A DNA stretch of 64,000 bases, taken from NCBI RefSeq assembly GCF_964213995.1, contig NW_027590142.1, forward strand, positions 124,001 to 188,000, in the 5' to 3' direction. The position numbers and the translations under genes are program-made. Each line of letters starts with the position of its first letter. The first letter of the stretch is position 1. A model generated the notes under the pieces. It saw nothing but the letters and a program-made list of their open reading frames with translations, was not told the origin of the DNA and did not search any database. Shown piece by piece: positions 25,480 through 38,629 of the stretch. The stretch is from Mustelus asterias (taxonomy: Eukaryota).

Positions 25480-27065
25480 CATTGATTCTAATCTGTCAAG
25501 GTTCCTTAAAGTCGCGAAAAGTCTAAGAAGATTGGAAAACTGCCAATGAAACACTCTTATTCAGAAAGGGAGGGAGACAAAAACGGTAACTATCTCCCAG
25601 TTAGCTTGACATCTGTTGTTGGGAACACGTTAGAATCAGTTATAATGAATGTAGACTCTTTAGAATTACCTACTATATTCAACCACAGTCAGTACGGCAC
25701 CATAATGTGGAAATCGTGCCTCACAAATGCATTAGAAACCTTTGAGATATTAACGAGCAACATAGATAAAGGGGAACCAGCATCTTTAATAATATTTGGA
25801 TTCCCAAAATGCTTTTGATAAGGGACCACACAAAGGGTAACTTTATAGGGTAAGTGCAAGTAATAGGGAAGGCAAAATGAATTTGGCCTTTACTTCAAAA
25901 GGGATTGAGTGTAATTATAAGGAAGTCTTGCTAAAATTATGCCCTGGGGTTAATATATTAACATGGAAAGAAAAATGAGTAACGGGTAAGAGAAAATAGG
26001 GAATTAATAACAGAAGAAAGAGAGTTGGGGTAAAAGGGGCATTAAGAGGTTGACAGCCTGTAAATAGTGGAATGCCACAGGGAACAGTGCTGGCTCCACA
26101 AGTATTTACAATATTTCATGAGTGGGAAAACGGAAGTGGATGTACTATTGCCAAGTATGCAGATAACACAAAAATAGGCCTAAAGGCAAGGGTGAGGATG
26201 CCAAGTGTTCAGAGAGGGATTCAGACAGGTTAAGTATGTGAACAACAACTTGGACGATGGAATATAATATAGGAAAGAGTGAACTTATGATCTTTAGCAG
26301 GAAAAATGAACGAGAGACAGATTATTTAAATGGCACAAATACTACAGAATGCTGAAGCAAAGAATGATCTAGAGGTCTTGGTTATATATCGCAAAAGGCT
26401 AGCACAAAAATTTGGCAAGTAATAGGGAAGGCAAAATGAATGTTGGTCCTTACTTCAACAGGGATGGAGTATAATTATAAGGAAGTCTTACTAAAATTAT
26501 GCAAGGCACCAGCAGAACATACTTAGAATACTGTGAACAATTTTGGTTCCCTTATGTAAGGAAAGATTGGACGTAGCATTGGATGCAGTCCAGAGAATGT
26601 TAATTGAAGTCGCTCGGAATATGGAGGGATGTTCTTACGAGAAGAGGCTGGCTTTGAACTTATTGGCGTTTAGAAGAATTAGAGGTGACATTACTGAGCC
26701 ATAGAGGATTCTCAGAGTTTTTTTTATTGGGTAAGTGCTGAGAGTTTGTTTCTCCTTGTGAGAGAGTCTGGGACCAGATGGCATAATCTGAAAGTGAGGA
26801 GTCGCCCATTAAGACAGGGATGAAGAAAATAAATCTCTCAGAGGGTATTGAATCTGCGGAATTCCTTGCCGTAGAGAATGGTATGACTGAGGTCTTTAAT
26901 TATGTTCAAGGCTGAGATAGACATATTTTTAATAAGTAAAGGCATCTGGGAATAAGGTGGGAAAGTGCAGTTGATGATTATCAGATCACTCATGATCTCA
27001 CTGAATGACGGAGCAGAGTCAATGGACCGAATGGCCTACTTATGTTGCCACGTCTCATGGTCCTG
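25480..27065 (+). mobile_element. Old CR1 LINE
   Basis: GNYLPVSLTSVVG, KSCLTN, GMPQGTVL and YADNTK remnants. Confidence 0.8.
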
Positions 27066-27069
27066 TGGT

Positions 27070-27540
27070 ATTACATTTCCGGGTCGCTGTAGGTATGCGA
27101 TATCTCCCATCCATAAGTGAAGGTGTGAAGAACACAGGCCTTAAAACAATCAGTTTAGTCTCAAGGATCAGGTTGGTGTTATCCCATGCACATTCCAGGA
27201 GTTGGACGAATGTGGCAGCTGATTTCCCTATGTGATCATCGAGCTGCACATACTGGGTCTGGAACCATTGCCTCCAGGTCGCTGAATTAGCTAATCAGTA
27301 AAAGTGGGCTTTTGCTTAGCATGATCAGGCGCTGAGATGTAACACCTTGTCCCATGACCATAGATTTCCTAACGGTTACATTTATAGTGAAAAAGTTACA
27401 GGCAAGTGAGAGAAAACATTTATTTCCACGTGAGTGGCTAACAGTGGCGTCAGTGTAGAGGACAGAATGCGATTTTGTATTTGTTTTGAATCGCGAAAGA
27501 TTTTAGAACTTGTTGTCTGACCGAGTCAGATGCGTACTGT
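27070..27540 (-). mobile_element. RTE-clade LINE remnant
   Basis: Minus frame HIGKSAATFVQL..CAWDN..L.LETKLIV resembles an RTE/BovB RT C-terminus. Confidence 0.55.
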
Positions 27541-27790
27541 AAATGTTATGATGTCACATTTACAATACGCAGAAAATATATCTAGCTAGACGCACGGCTA
27601 AGTTTGAAGAGAATGCACGAACGTTAAGTTCGCCTTCATTGCTTTATTATCGCATCGTTGGCCCAAACAGGGTAGGCCTGTTTATAATTTACATCAGCAC
27701 ATTCTCTCTGAGTAAAATGAGGATAATGTGAAAGTGATATTTACTTAGACTCTGTCGATATCCGAATCATGTTCGCATTTTTTCAGCATG

Positions 27791-28754
27791 TCACGAGGCA
27801 CAGCAATGAGTTCTCCATTGGAAGTTCTGGGACATGAAAATGTACGGCACGGGATTAAGGAAAGCAGAGAAGCAAGTGAGGGCCCAGGTATAGATCTTAA
27901 CATGGCATAAGTAAAAGAATGCTGCTCGATTCAATGGATCCATCAGGCCCTCACTCAAAAAATACAGTTCTGGGATGTGAAAAGGGGCAAAGCAGAAAAG
28001 GAGAAGAATCATGATTCCTGAAATGGTTTTCAGCACTTTTGTCTTCATCAGCTCCATATATTTCTTCCCAGATCCTGCTTCCGTCAGCTTCTTCACTGTC
28101 AGAGCATAGCAGATCAATAGGACCAGAACTGGCACAACAAATGTCATAGCCTCACAAAATAGCATGAACATTTACCGAGATCGCCTCGTTAAAATATTAT
28201 CCTTGCACGTGATACTTTCATATGCGGTGTTTCTTGTAAAGTGAAAGGCCGCCAGAGTCATGGCTAACACTGCCAGCCATGTTACAATGGATAGGGCGAC
28301 GTAGTATTGGGGCCTCCTCCAGGCATGGGACCTGATGGGATGGGAAAAGCGAGGTACCGGTCAATAGCAATGCAGGCCATGAATGATGGATTGCTTTTAA
28401 TGTTGACTAAACCGATGAGCAGATGGGTGTCAAGAAGTAGCTTCGTGAACTGACATCCAGGGATCAAGTGAATAAGATAAAATATAGAAGCCAAGATAAC
28501 CAAGATGTTGGTGATTGTTCGGTCAAGCAGGGGAACATCAGTCGCTGAAGAAACTTTCCTCAGTCTTGTGACATGCCACAGTGAAATTGAATGCCCAGCA
28601 ATGCTCAGCACGATAGTGAAGCTGAGGAGGCAAGGGAGGACGAGCGTTTCAATTTATTCAGTTGCTCCGGGTCTCTCAAAACTGGCATTGCCAGTATGAT
28701 TGGCAGAGTTCATCATCGTCCAATGATTGCATTCCAGCTCACAAACGTCGCCAT
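27791..28754 (-). pseudogene. Disabled paralogue of the P2Y/LPAR-like GPCR
   Basis: Starts MATFVSWN (vs MSTFVSWN); FMACIAIDRY, CFAPFH and NPVPY motifs; early in-frame stops, a 1-bp frameshift near 28347 and a TAA at 28172-28174. Confidence 0.9.
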
Positions 28755-29239
28755 TTGGTGTTTCGTCAAATAATAAAGAACAGTTGTTCAAAACCGTGGG
28801 GAAATGTGCAGATAGATAGCTTGACGAATAAAAATTGGGGAAATGAGAAGATAGATTGTCGATAGATTGTTAAAAAAGCACTCCAAAATTATTGATCTTT
28901 GAAGGGCGCAGTTGAACACCTTAATTTTATCTCAGTCGTTCAGACTGAATGAAGTTCGTCTGCGAAACTGGTGGGAAGTCAATAGATGTGAAAGATTTCT
29001 ATGGTGCTACTCTGCAAAACTGCATTGATCAAATTGGAATTGAATCCTGCAACAAGACAGATTTGATTAAGTGCATTAATTCATTGAAACTAATACTACA
29101 TTATAAGAAATAAAGCCAGTTATATGGAAACAGTCTATTATCTCAATCCCACATTCTCCAGAATATATTAATATATTTTAAACGCATCAACATATTGCAG
29201 CTTCCTTTCTGTCACGGTGATATCTGTACGCTGACTGTG

Positions 29240-30040
29240 TGAACAAAGGACAAAGAAAATTACAGCACAGGACCAGGCCCTCCGGCCCTCCAAGCCTGCA
29301 CCGGCCATGCTGCCCGACTGAGCTAAAACACGCTATCCTTTGGGGGCCGTACCCCTCTATTCCCATCCTATTCATGTATTTGTCAAGACGCCCCTTAAAT
29401 GTCACGATCGTATCTGCTTCCACTACCTCCTCCGGCAGCGAGTTCCAGGCACCCACCATTCCCTGTGTAAATAATTTGTCTTGTACATCCCCTTTAAACC
29501 TTGCCCCTCGCACCTTAAAACTATGCACCCCAGTAATTGACTCTTCCACCTTGGGAAAAAGCTTCTGACTATCCAATCTGTCCATGCCCCTCATACTCTT
29601 GTAGACTTCTATCAGGTCACCCCTCAACCTCCGTCGTTCCAGTGAGAACAAACAAAGTTTTTCCAATCTCTGCTCATACCTAATGCCCTCCAAACAAGGC
29701 AACGTTCTGGTAAACATTTTCTGTACCCTCTCCAAAGCCTCTACATCCTTATGGTGGTGTGGCGACCAGAATTGAACACTGTATTCCAAGTGCGGCCTAA
29801 CCAACGTTCTATAAAGCTGCAACATTACTTGGCATTTTTTAAACTCAATGCCCCGGCGATGAAGGCAAGCATGCCGTATGTCTTCTTGACTACCTTCTCC
29901 ACCTGCATTGCCACTTTCAGTGACCTGTGTACCGGTACACCCAGATACCTCTGCCTATCAATACTCTTAAGGGTTCTGCCATTTACTGTATATTTCCTAT
30001 CTCTATTAGACCTTCCAAAATTCATTACCTCACATTTGTT
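29240..30040 (-). mobile_element. CR1 LINE 3' fragment
   Basis: LVRPHLEYSVQFWSP and LRGDLIEVYK motifs plus tail. Confidence 0.88.
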
Positions 30041-32254
30041 CCGATTTGTAACTTTCAGTCCCCTCTCCTTCGAGTTCATATCTGCACCCTGCCTGGTATC
30101 TCTGCGGTGTTCTCTCTCTCTCTCTCTCCCTTTGAGATATTGCTGTATACCTTGGTTTCTCTCAGTCAACTGTTCTAAGAGAGAGAGGTGAACAATCCCA
30201 TTTATCGCTCTATTTTGGCACATATATCCTTACTTTGGCTCGCATATATCAGTCTGCCTCCACTAGTAAGCTACTTACACAGCCCAATCTCAACACAATT
30301 ATCCCTCGCTCTCCAAGTCCCCGTCAGCACGTTTCATTCCCCAATCTGCATTCGCTACTCTCACGACCCGACTTTCAAATCCCACATCCTTACTCTCTGG
30401 TCGCTTATTTACACTCTAATTCCTTCATCTCGACTGCTTATTTTCTGATTTCCAGTCCTTACTCTTCAATCCCCATTCTTTATTTCATTATTCCAGACAT
30501 CTACTGATCCATTTCCCGCTCCTATTCTTGACTATTGCATTTACCTGTAGCGAACCTGGCCTCTGTCCATTCAACTGCTGGAATTGTCACTCACCTTTTA
30601 CTCTTTCCCAATTTCTAAGTTTTAGGGTGAAGTAATTGTGTCCTTACCTGTAAACTGATGCTGAATCAATGAATGTCGGTTTGAACTCAGAAAGGAATGT
30701 ATTATTATTACTGAGGGTCGGATTGAGTACAGGAGCAAGCGAGAAGTGAGAAGCTTCAGGCAGCCCAGCATTCAACTGCCAACAAATACAAACAGCTGTG
30801 ATGATTGGCGGCTTTTTATTATTCCCGAATTCCAATTGGTGTAATTAATGTGCTGGTCCACATCAGTCGGAAGTCCGGCTCCCCCCACTATTCTTCTGTG
30901 ATTGTATTCTTAATGTGTACCTGTAGAAAATTCATTATTGATTAGAATGGTTTTGTTTTCCACACTCATCTTTTGCAAGTAGCGTCAAGTTCATACCACC
31001 ACAGTTTGCAATTCTCTGTCCGAGTGGACACATTTCGGCTTTGGATCAGGCAGTGAAACTGTAGAGGTAAGCACAGACTCATTCGATCGGGATAGACTTC
31101 TACACTCCCTCATGGGGAACTGCTTGTGATGGAGGGATGGTTATTGACGTTATCCCAGAGCCCTGGACCAATGCCTGAACAGGAATGTGCAAGTGTCCTC
31201 TCTGCAACTGTTAAGTTGGTGGGCCCGCACACGAAAACCTATACATAAGCCTGGTATCAGTGAAATCTCCATATTTCTCACACCAAAACCCCAGAAAATT
31301 ATTACAGGTGTTTCTCCTCTGTCAAACACTGCAATGATTCAGGTGTGGGTGTCTATTGATCTATTTGCCACCTGACTCCCAAATATTGTTACGGACCTTA
31401 ATCCCCAGTCTCACCGTGCAGCAGATCGAATTTGAATCCACACTACAATTTCCATACCCTGGTGATGACTCTCATATGTTTCATATGGTCTGAACGTGAA
31501 CGGCAAACAGGACTACATTTCTATTCAAGGTCAATAAATGTCCATTCTCGATTTTTGCTGCAGTCAACATGGCATTGCGATGGTTTTACCCGTCCAAACA
31601 TTGTTTACGATATGTACAATGATTGAGAATAGATGAAGCATTTATTCACTCAAGGTCCAAAAGGCGATGTGGGAGCCCAGTCATCTTTAGTAATTCAATA
31701 CACTCTCTGATAGCTCCTGTAACCTGAACGCAGGCTCATGTAGCCTACCTTATGAAACGGCGATTGGGCCAGTCACACCCGGGAACTTTAGGTTCATTAA
31801 TTTGGCATCCTTAATAAGATCTATTTCTGGGACAACACTATCTTCCAGAGAATTAAACTGTCCTGTCTCCTCCTGTGTCATAACTGTCTGCCACATGGCT
31901 ACAGTGAGTACAATTAAAACTTATTTCCGTTTTTGTGAAACTATTTCGGAGTTCACCACCAACTTATCAAGGGCACTTGAGGATGGGCAATAAATGCTGA
32001 CTTGCAAACGATGGTGATATCCTAGGAGTGATTTTTTACCTGGAGAACTATACATTGTAACTCCGATGCTGAATTATCAAATGGAAGAGAACGCGTTGCT
32101 GAGAAAGTCAGATCTTCGAGAGCGGCTTTCATACATAACAGCATATTCTTTTATGAGAGTGTGTTTTCCCTCATGTGATAATTCAGCATCGGAGTTACAA
32201 TTTATGGTGTTCCGTTTAAATAAATCACTCTTTGGGGATGAGCATAATTGTTAA

Positions 32255-32620
32255 GTCAGCATTTATTGCCCATCCGCAATTGCCCTTGAGAAGGTGGTGA
32301 TGAACTGCCTTCTTGAACCGCTTCAGTCCACGTGTTGTAGGTACATCCACAGCGCTGTGAGGGAGGGAATTCGAGGATTTTGACCCAGCGACATGAAGGG
32401 ACGGCGATAACTTTCGAATTATGCATGGTGAGTGACATTCACTTGAAACTCCTGATGCTGCTTATCCCATGAATCTGATGCCCTTGTCCTTCTATGCGGC
32501 AGAGGGTCACTGTTGAAGGAACACCTCCGACGTGATCTTGGAGCCACAGAATTCGCGTGGCCGGCCAATTTATGTTTTTGGCCAATTGTAAGCCCAATAT
32601 GTTGATGGTTGGAGATTCAG
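32255..32620 (-). mobile_element. L2/CR1-group LINE 3' remnant
   Basis: GAGAAGGTGGTGATGAACTGCCTTCTTGAACCGC shared with the 12340-12380 region. Confidence 0.6.
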
Positions 32621-33811
32621 CGGTGGTAATGTCAGTTTTTTTATGAGTCAATCAATAGCTGAATCTTCAATGGTTCTGGCAGAGGCTGCGGCTGCAGTTC
32701 CTCCAATTCAACGGGAATGGTTGTCAACTCTTAGCAACATAAAGGGCTTCTGAACTATCTTGAGAGCTCCCGAGCCTGGGGAAAGTACCGAGACATAAGG
32801 TAAACTTAAGGTAAAAGTAGCATAGTGAGGTTGGTGGGCATATGGCTGTGTGGGTGGACGTGATGATTAAAAGGGGTTCGAGCAAAAGAAAGCTTAAATA
32901 TCAGCTATAACCATTCAGAGAAGTTCTGCTGAGCCCGCATGTAAGACGTTAATTCTTCTCCCTCTTAACTTGATACGATCTGTAACCAACCGATAGCCTG
33001 GAGCTGAACTTCAGTACATTAGAATGAAAAGCTTTGATCCTCACCAAACAGAATGTCGGAAAACCAAGAGGGCCAGTCCAGAATGCTCAGGAAATGCGCA
33101 TATCATCGGCAGCCTGTGGAAGACCATAATTACATGAAGGTGGACAGGAAGCTCAGGGCGTGAAAGTCTGAAGGTCACTGGTAGATACCTGGGGTTATGT
33201 TCAGTGTGTACAGGGAGATATTATCAGAGTGAATGGAGCAGGGAGAGAGAATCCCTTGGGTGATATTCAGTGATTCCAGGTGGCGTCAGAGGCAATGATG
33301 CTTATTGGGAATAATGCATAATCGGAAAAGGAATCATAGAGACAGTGTTAATTGGTACAAAAAGGAAAGCTTGAAGTCGGCAGTCACTGTGTGTTCACCA
33401 GAAAGTTGAGCGTGTGCATGTCGAGTAGAACAGGGGGAGCAAAATGTATCTTCATGTGTTTCGGAGAAAATGCGAATCTGGAGTCTCTGTATCAGAATAA
33501 ATCCCTTTCTCCGGGAATATTTCCCATGTTTTCTATTTATTTGTTGTTCCCACATCGGGAAATTGCTGCGCTTTCTCCCCTTGTATATATCACATGCCCC
33601 AAACTCTGGTAATCATTTTAAAATGTCGACTCGATTATATGTGTGTGCAAATAATGTCCCAGTCGCTAGGTTTCACCCCATAGTTAATACCTCACTGTTC
33701 TCTCCGTGTTTTATATCTAGCCTGTGGCTTGTCTGACTTGGAATTTTTAATCGGCAATAGGGAGAAAGATTTAATCTGATAACCAACGCTGCAACGACTT
33801 TTTTAGTCATC

Positions 33812-34304
33812 GAATCATAGAATCTTAGAATACCTACAAAACAAAAGGAGACCATTTGGCCCATCGGGTCTGCACCGACCACAATCACACCCTGGCCCGT
33901 TTCCCGTAAAACAACGTATTTACCCTACTAATCCCTCTGACACTCGGGGCAATTTAGCATGGCCAAACAAGCTAAGCCACATATCTTTCGAGTGCGTGAG
34001 GAAACCGAAGCACCCGGAGGAAACCCACGCAGACATGGGGAGAATGTGCAAACTCCACATAGACAATGACCCAAGGCCGAAATTGAACCCGGACCCATGG
34101 TGCTCTAAGGCAGCAGAGCCAGTAGGACAGAGTAAAGGAAGTTTTCTTCTTCAGGAGGCACGGTGGCACAGTGATTAGCACTGCTGCTGGTGACTCGCAA
34201 GAGGAAATGCATGGAGTTATGGGGATAGGGCCTGGGTGGAATTGTGTATGGTGCAGAATCGATGGGCCAACTGGCCTCCTTCTATATTGTGGAATTCTAT
34301 GATT
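33812..34304. mobile_element. Head-to-head pair of HE1-like SINEs (minus copy 33812-34120; deleted plus copy 34155-34304)
   Basis: SINE tail motifs face outward at both ends. Confidence 0.7.
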
Positions 34305-34540
34305 CTCCTTTTTAGTGTGCTACATCGGCCTCTGATGAAGCAGAGCCTTTTTTTGTTTTGAAATACCTGCCACTCGTCAGTGACAGACCAGTTTATGATG
34401 GAAATCACCAAGATTCCCCTCACTGTTCAATCATTCTCTCGCTGGCGTTTATCATAAAATGAAGTAGTCTTTTTACTGTGAGACTTCTTACTGTGCCCGC
34501 CGGCATCACGGTTATCATAAGAAAGGCAGCGGTAAAGGTG

Positions 34541-34559
34541 GGTCGCTAGGTGGCGCAGT
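34541..34559 (+). promoter_or_regulatory. Candidate CTCF site 3' of the IgM cluster
   Basis: GGTCGCTAGGTGGCGCAG matches the CTCF core; motif match only. Confidence 0.45.
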
Positions 34560-35119
34560 GACTCTGTCACTGAAGGATCTTGTGCTCAAACACATCCCAG
34601 ACAGGACTGGGGAAAACACCTGTCTGGGAAAAGGGGGTAACCGTGTAATCGGAAAAATGGAGCGGTGCCGATGGACTTTAGATAAAGGAGTAAAGCAAAG
34701 CCAGAGTGAGGTAATTTTTATTCAAGATTTATTTTAAAAAATCAGGGAACATTTTACAGAAAAGTTTACTTTAAAGTTCACAAAATTGAACATAACGATT
34801 TCGTTCCACATTGAGAACGGAAGACATGAACTCTGAGCTGTCCAATATATGTACAACTGTAGCAGACACATGAAACAGAAAACAGGAGCTCAACGTATTG
34901 GGAAATGAACAACTGTGGATAAATAACGAGAAAACTCATTTATTTATACATTAAATTTCAACTACAGGGAAACTATTAACTACAGTTCACATTACAACAA
35001 AAATTATCTCGCATATTTCATATTGAAAACTGGAGTACCGACCACGGTTGTGTAAATTGCAGGTGCGGAATGATAAACTGTGATAACTGGAAGCACCGAG
35101 AGCAGATATTGTATTTGTG

Positions 35120-36430
35120 TCAAAGAACAAAGAACAATACAGCATAAGAACAGGCCCTTTGGCCCTCCAAGCCTGCACCGATCATGTGTTCCTAACTCGA
35201 CCATCCGTTTGTATCCCTCTATTCCAGTCTGCTCATGTGGCTATCTAGATAAATCTTAAATGATCCTAGCGTGTCCGCCTCAACCACATTGCTTGGTAGT
35301 GCATTCCAGGCCCCCACGACACTTTGTGTAAGATACATCCCCCGCATATCTGAATTGAATCTTGCCCCCCCTTACCTTGAACTTGTGACCCCTTGTGTTT
35401 GTCATTTCCGACCTGGGAAAAAGCTTCCAACTGTTCATCCTATCTATGCCGTTCATAATTTTATAAACTTCTATTAGGTCGCCCCTCAATCTCCGCCTTT
35501 TCAGGGAGAACAACCCTCGTTTACTCAATCTGACCTCATAGCTAATACCCTCCATACCAGGCAACATCCTGGCAAACCTTTTCTGCGCTCTCTCCAAAGC
35601 CTACACGTCCTTCTGGTAGTGTGGCGACCAGAACTGGACGCAGTATTCCAAATGTGGCCTAACCAACGTTCTATATAACTGCAAAATCATATGCCAACTG
35701 TTATACTCTGTGCGCCGTCCAATGAATGCAAGCATGCCATATGCCTTCTTCACCACCTTTTCCACCTGTGTTGCCATCTTTAAGGATCTGTGGACTTGCA
35801 CACCCAGATCCCTCTGTGTGTCTATACTCCTGACGGTTCTGCCATTTATTGTATAGCTCCCCCCTGCATTAGATCTACCAAAATGCATCACTTCGCATTT
35901 ATCTGGATTAAATTCCATCTGCCATTTCTCCGCCCAATTTTCCGGCCTATCTATATTCTGCTGTATTCTCTGACAATGTTCATCACTATCCGCAACTCCA
36001 GCAATCTTTCTGTCGTCCGCAAACTTATTAATCAGACTCGCTAAATCTTCTTCCAAATCATTTATATATATCACAAACAGCTGAGGTCCCAGTACAGAGC
36101 CCTGCGGAACATCACTAGTCACAGACCTCCAATCAGAAAAAGACCCCTCCACACTACTACCCTCTGTCTTCTATGACCAAGCCAGTTGTGTACCCATCGA
36201 GCTAGTTCACCTTTGATCCCGTGAGATTTAACCTGTTGCACCAGCCTGCCATAAGGGACCTTGTCAAATGCTTTACTAATATCCATGTAGACGACATCCA
36301 CGGCCCTTCCCTCGTCAAGCATTTTTGTCACCTCCTCAAAAACCTCAACCAAATTTGTGAGGCATGATCTCCCTCGTACAAAACCATGTTGTCTATCGCT
36401 AATGAGACTATTCAGTTCTAAATGTGTCAT
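35120..36430 (-). mobile_element. CR1 LINE inserted in the 3' UTR of membrane IgM
   Basis: QHGFVRGRSCLTNL, PQGSVLGP and FADD motifs; begins about 55 bp past the TM2 stop. Confidence 0.9.
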
Positions 36431-36485
36431 ACCGAGATTTTAGTCATCAGCTGAAGGAAATCTATAGCATCCAAAATTCAACCCA

Positions 36486-36494
36486 TCACTTGAT
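36486..36494 (-). CDS. IGHM: IgM TM2 exon (IK-stop)
   Basis: ttttccag|ATC AAG TGA, 128 bp downstream of TM1; gives a KIK cytoplasmic tail. Confidence 0.8.
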   Translation of the reverse strand: MK

Positions 36495-36622
36495 CTGGAA
36501 AAGAGACATAAAATAATGAAACAGATGTTTATGTTCTGGGAAATTTATGTTGGAGTTTTTAATCAATGAAATTTTGAGATTTTTCTGTCAGTTTGACGTG
36601 TGAGTGAATTGAATCATCTCAC

Positions 36623-36744
36623 CTTCACCAGAGTGACAGCAGTGTTGTAGAAAATGCTCAGGGAGAACAGGAAGATGAATGTGGAAGCGGTTGTACAGAT
36701 GGTATCATCCTCATTGCCTTCAGTCCAGATGCGGTGTGTGGAGT
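36623..36744 (-). CDS. IGHM: IgM TM1 exon
   Basis: ctctag|..DSTHRIWTEGNEDDTICTTASTFIFLFSLSIFYNTAVTLVK|gtgag; CART-type TM, phase-compatible with the Cmu4 internal donor at 41596. Confidence 0.92.
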
Positions 36745-37289
36745 CTAGAGGACGGATATAAAATCAGGTTATTTAATTTATCCAGGGAATCTTGTTGTTC
36801 TTCTTATTTTCCCTTTTCTCTTTATTAAGTCATTAACTTATCCTCTAATTTAGTTTTCAAAATATATTCACTATTAAGTTCAGGACACTCAGTAACCGAT
36901 CTCCATAACTATCGTCATACCGGTTCTTCCCTTACATTCCACAGACAGGCTGTGTCGAAACACACAGCATTATATCTTCAGTAGCAGTTTGTTTCGAACA
37001 GTTTGGCACTATCTCTTACTGAGGAATGTTATGATTGATATCGAGGAACATTCACGATCGATGATAATTGTTTTAAACTATGATAGTTGCTGTGTAAAGC
37101 TGGGATGTGAGTTTCCATCTTATTTGCTTATTTATGATGGAAATGCTTAGTATATCATTAACTTAATTCGCTTTCTCAGGAAGAACAGTGGTTCCACATA
37201 TTTGTCGGATCATTGTATAATACGGGCAGCTATCGGTGGATATATCTACTAAAAACGTTACGGTTGAATTTTACTTTTATCGATTGCCT

Positions 37290-38290
37290 GCCGTTTGTGT
37301 TTAAGATTTCGCGTTTGTGTATTGTGTGCATGAGCATCTATTTGAATTAATCTGCGTGTATGAGTGTTAATGTACGTGCTCATGTGCCTCTGCGTATTGA
37401 TTTGTGTACTTGTGTGTCTGTGTGCATATTTTATTCTTCTGTCATTGTGTATCTATGACTGCATTGTTTTGTGAAGTCTATGTTTATTGATGTCTCTGTT
37501 CATGCGTGTGCATGCGTTCACGCATGCTTTATTTGTTGATCCTTCTTTTGCATGACACATATCTACCAGTCTATTCATGTTTTCTTCCCTTTCTGTCCCT
37601 GTCAGTCAGTGTGTTAGTGTACGAACTTAAGAGATGATAGTTCTTTAAAACTATGTGTTGTTGTGGGTTTATGGTTCCATGCCTATTAATGTGTGTTATG
37701 GAATTTATTTCTGTATGAGTATGTTAATGCTTGCGTCTACATGTGTACATGTGAACGTTTTGCTCCCTGTTCATCTGTATGTTTCTGTGTCCGTGTATAT
37801 TCGGTTCATCTACCACCATGTGTGTCCATGAAAGGGCATTAATGTTTATGACAGTGTGTCTTTATGTTTATATTTCTGTCATCGTGAACGTGTGCTAATC
37901 TACCTGTATTTGTATGAGTATATGTTTGTGTATTTGTGCGTATCTGTATGTATGTGTGTCTGTCTGTATTTGTGTATATGTATATATGTGTTTGTGTGTG
38001 TGTGTGTGTGTGTCTGTGTACCTGTTCGTGTATGTGCATGTTTGCGTGTGCTTTCATGTATGTGTGTGCGTTTCTGTGCGCGTGTGCATACGTATTTGAG
38101 TGTTAGTGTGTATGCCTTTGTTTCTGTGCCTGTTTGTGCAAGTGTGTGCCTATGTGTGCATTTGTGTATCTGTTTGTATGAATGTGTGTGTCTGTGTGTG
38201 TGTGTGTGTATACGTATCTTTATTTGTGTATGTGTGTCATTGTGGGTGGGTGTCTTTGTGTCTGTGCATAGTTTGTCTATGTACGTATAA
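37290..38290. repeat. (GT)n-rich low-complexity tract
   Basis: Visible GT/AT repeats. Confidence 0.8.
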
Positions 38291-38629
38291 ATGCAAAATT
38301 ATGTTCTGTAAATATATATTTAATAGACTGTTTAGCATAATGGAAGTTTATAATCTGTGGCCAGTAAACCAGAAGCCACTTGCTACAGTTCACAACTGAG
38401 CTCATATTGTTGAGAGCCGTTCCCTTCCAAACACTCTGCTTGGGGAGAGGGAGGTTAATGAGCTCATAGTTCCCCTTCTCTGGCCAGTGAAGCAATTTCC
38501 GGTTTGATTCTATCCACTGAAGAGGTGGAATTACACTGGGTTACATAATCACATTCCTCGTCTTTTCATTGAGGAAGTGGGGGTACATGGGTTGTATCAT
38601 CGCATTCCCATCTTTTCATTGAGGAATTT

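Noticed and set aside
30640-30890. Possible promoter and first non-coding exon of the GPCR pseudogene (donor CAG|GTAAG, TATA-like and ETS-like motifs on the minus strand)
   Set aside because: Only short motifs, with no homologous support upstream of the intact GPCR that I could see.
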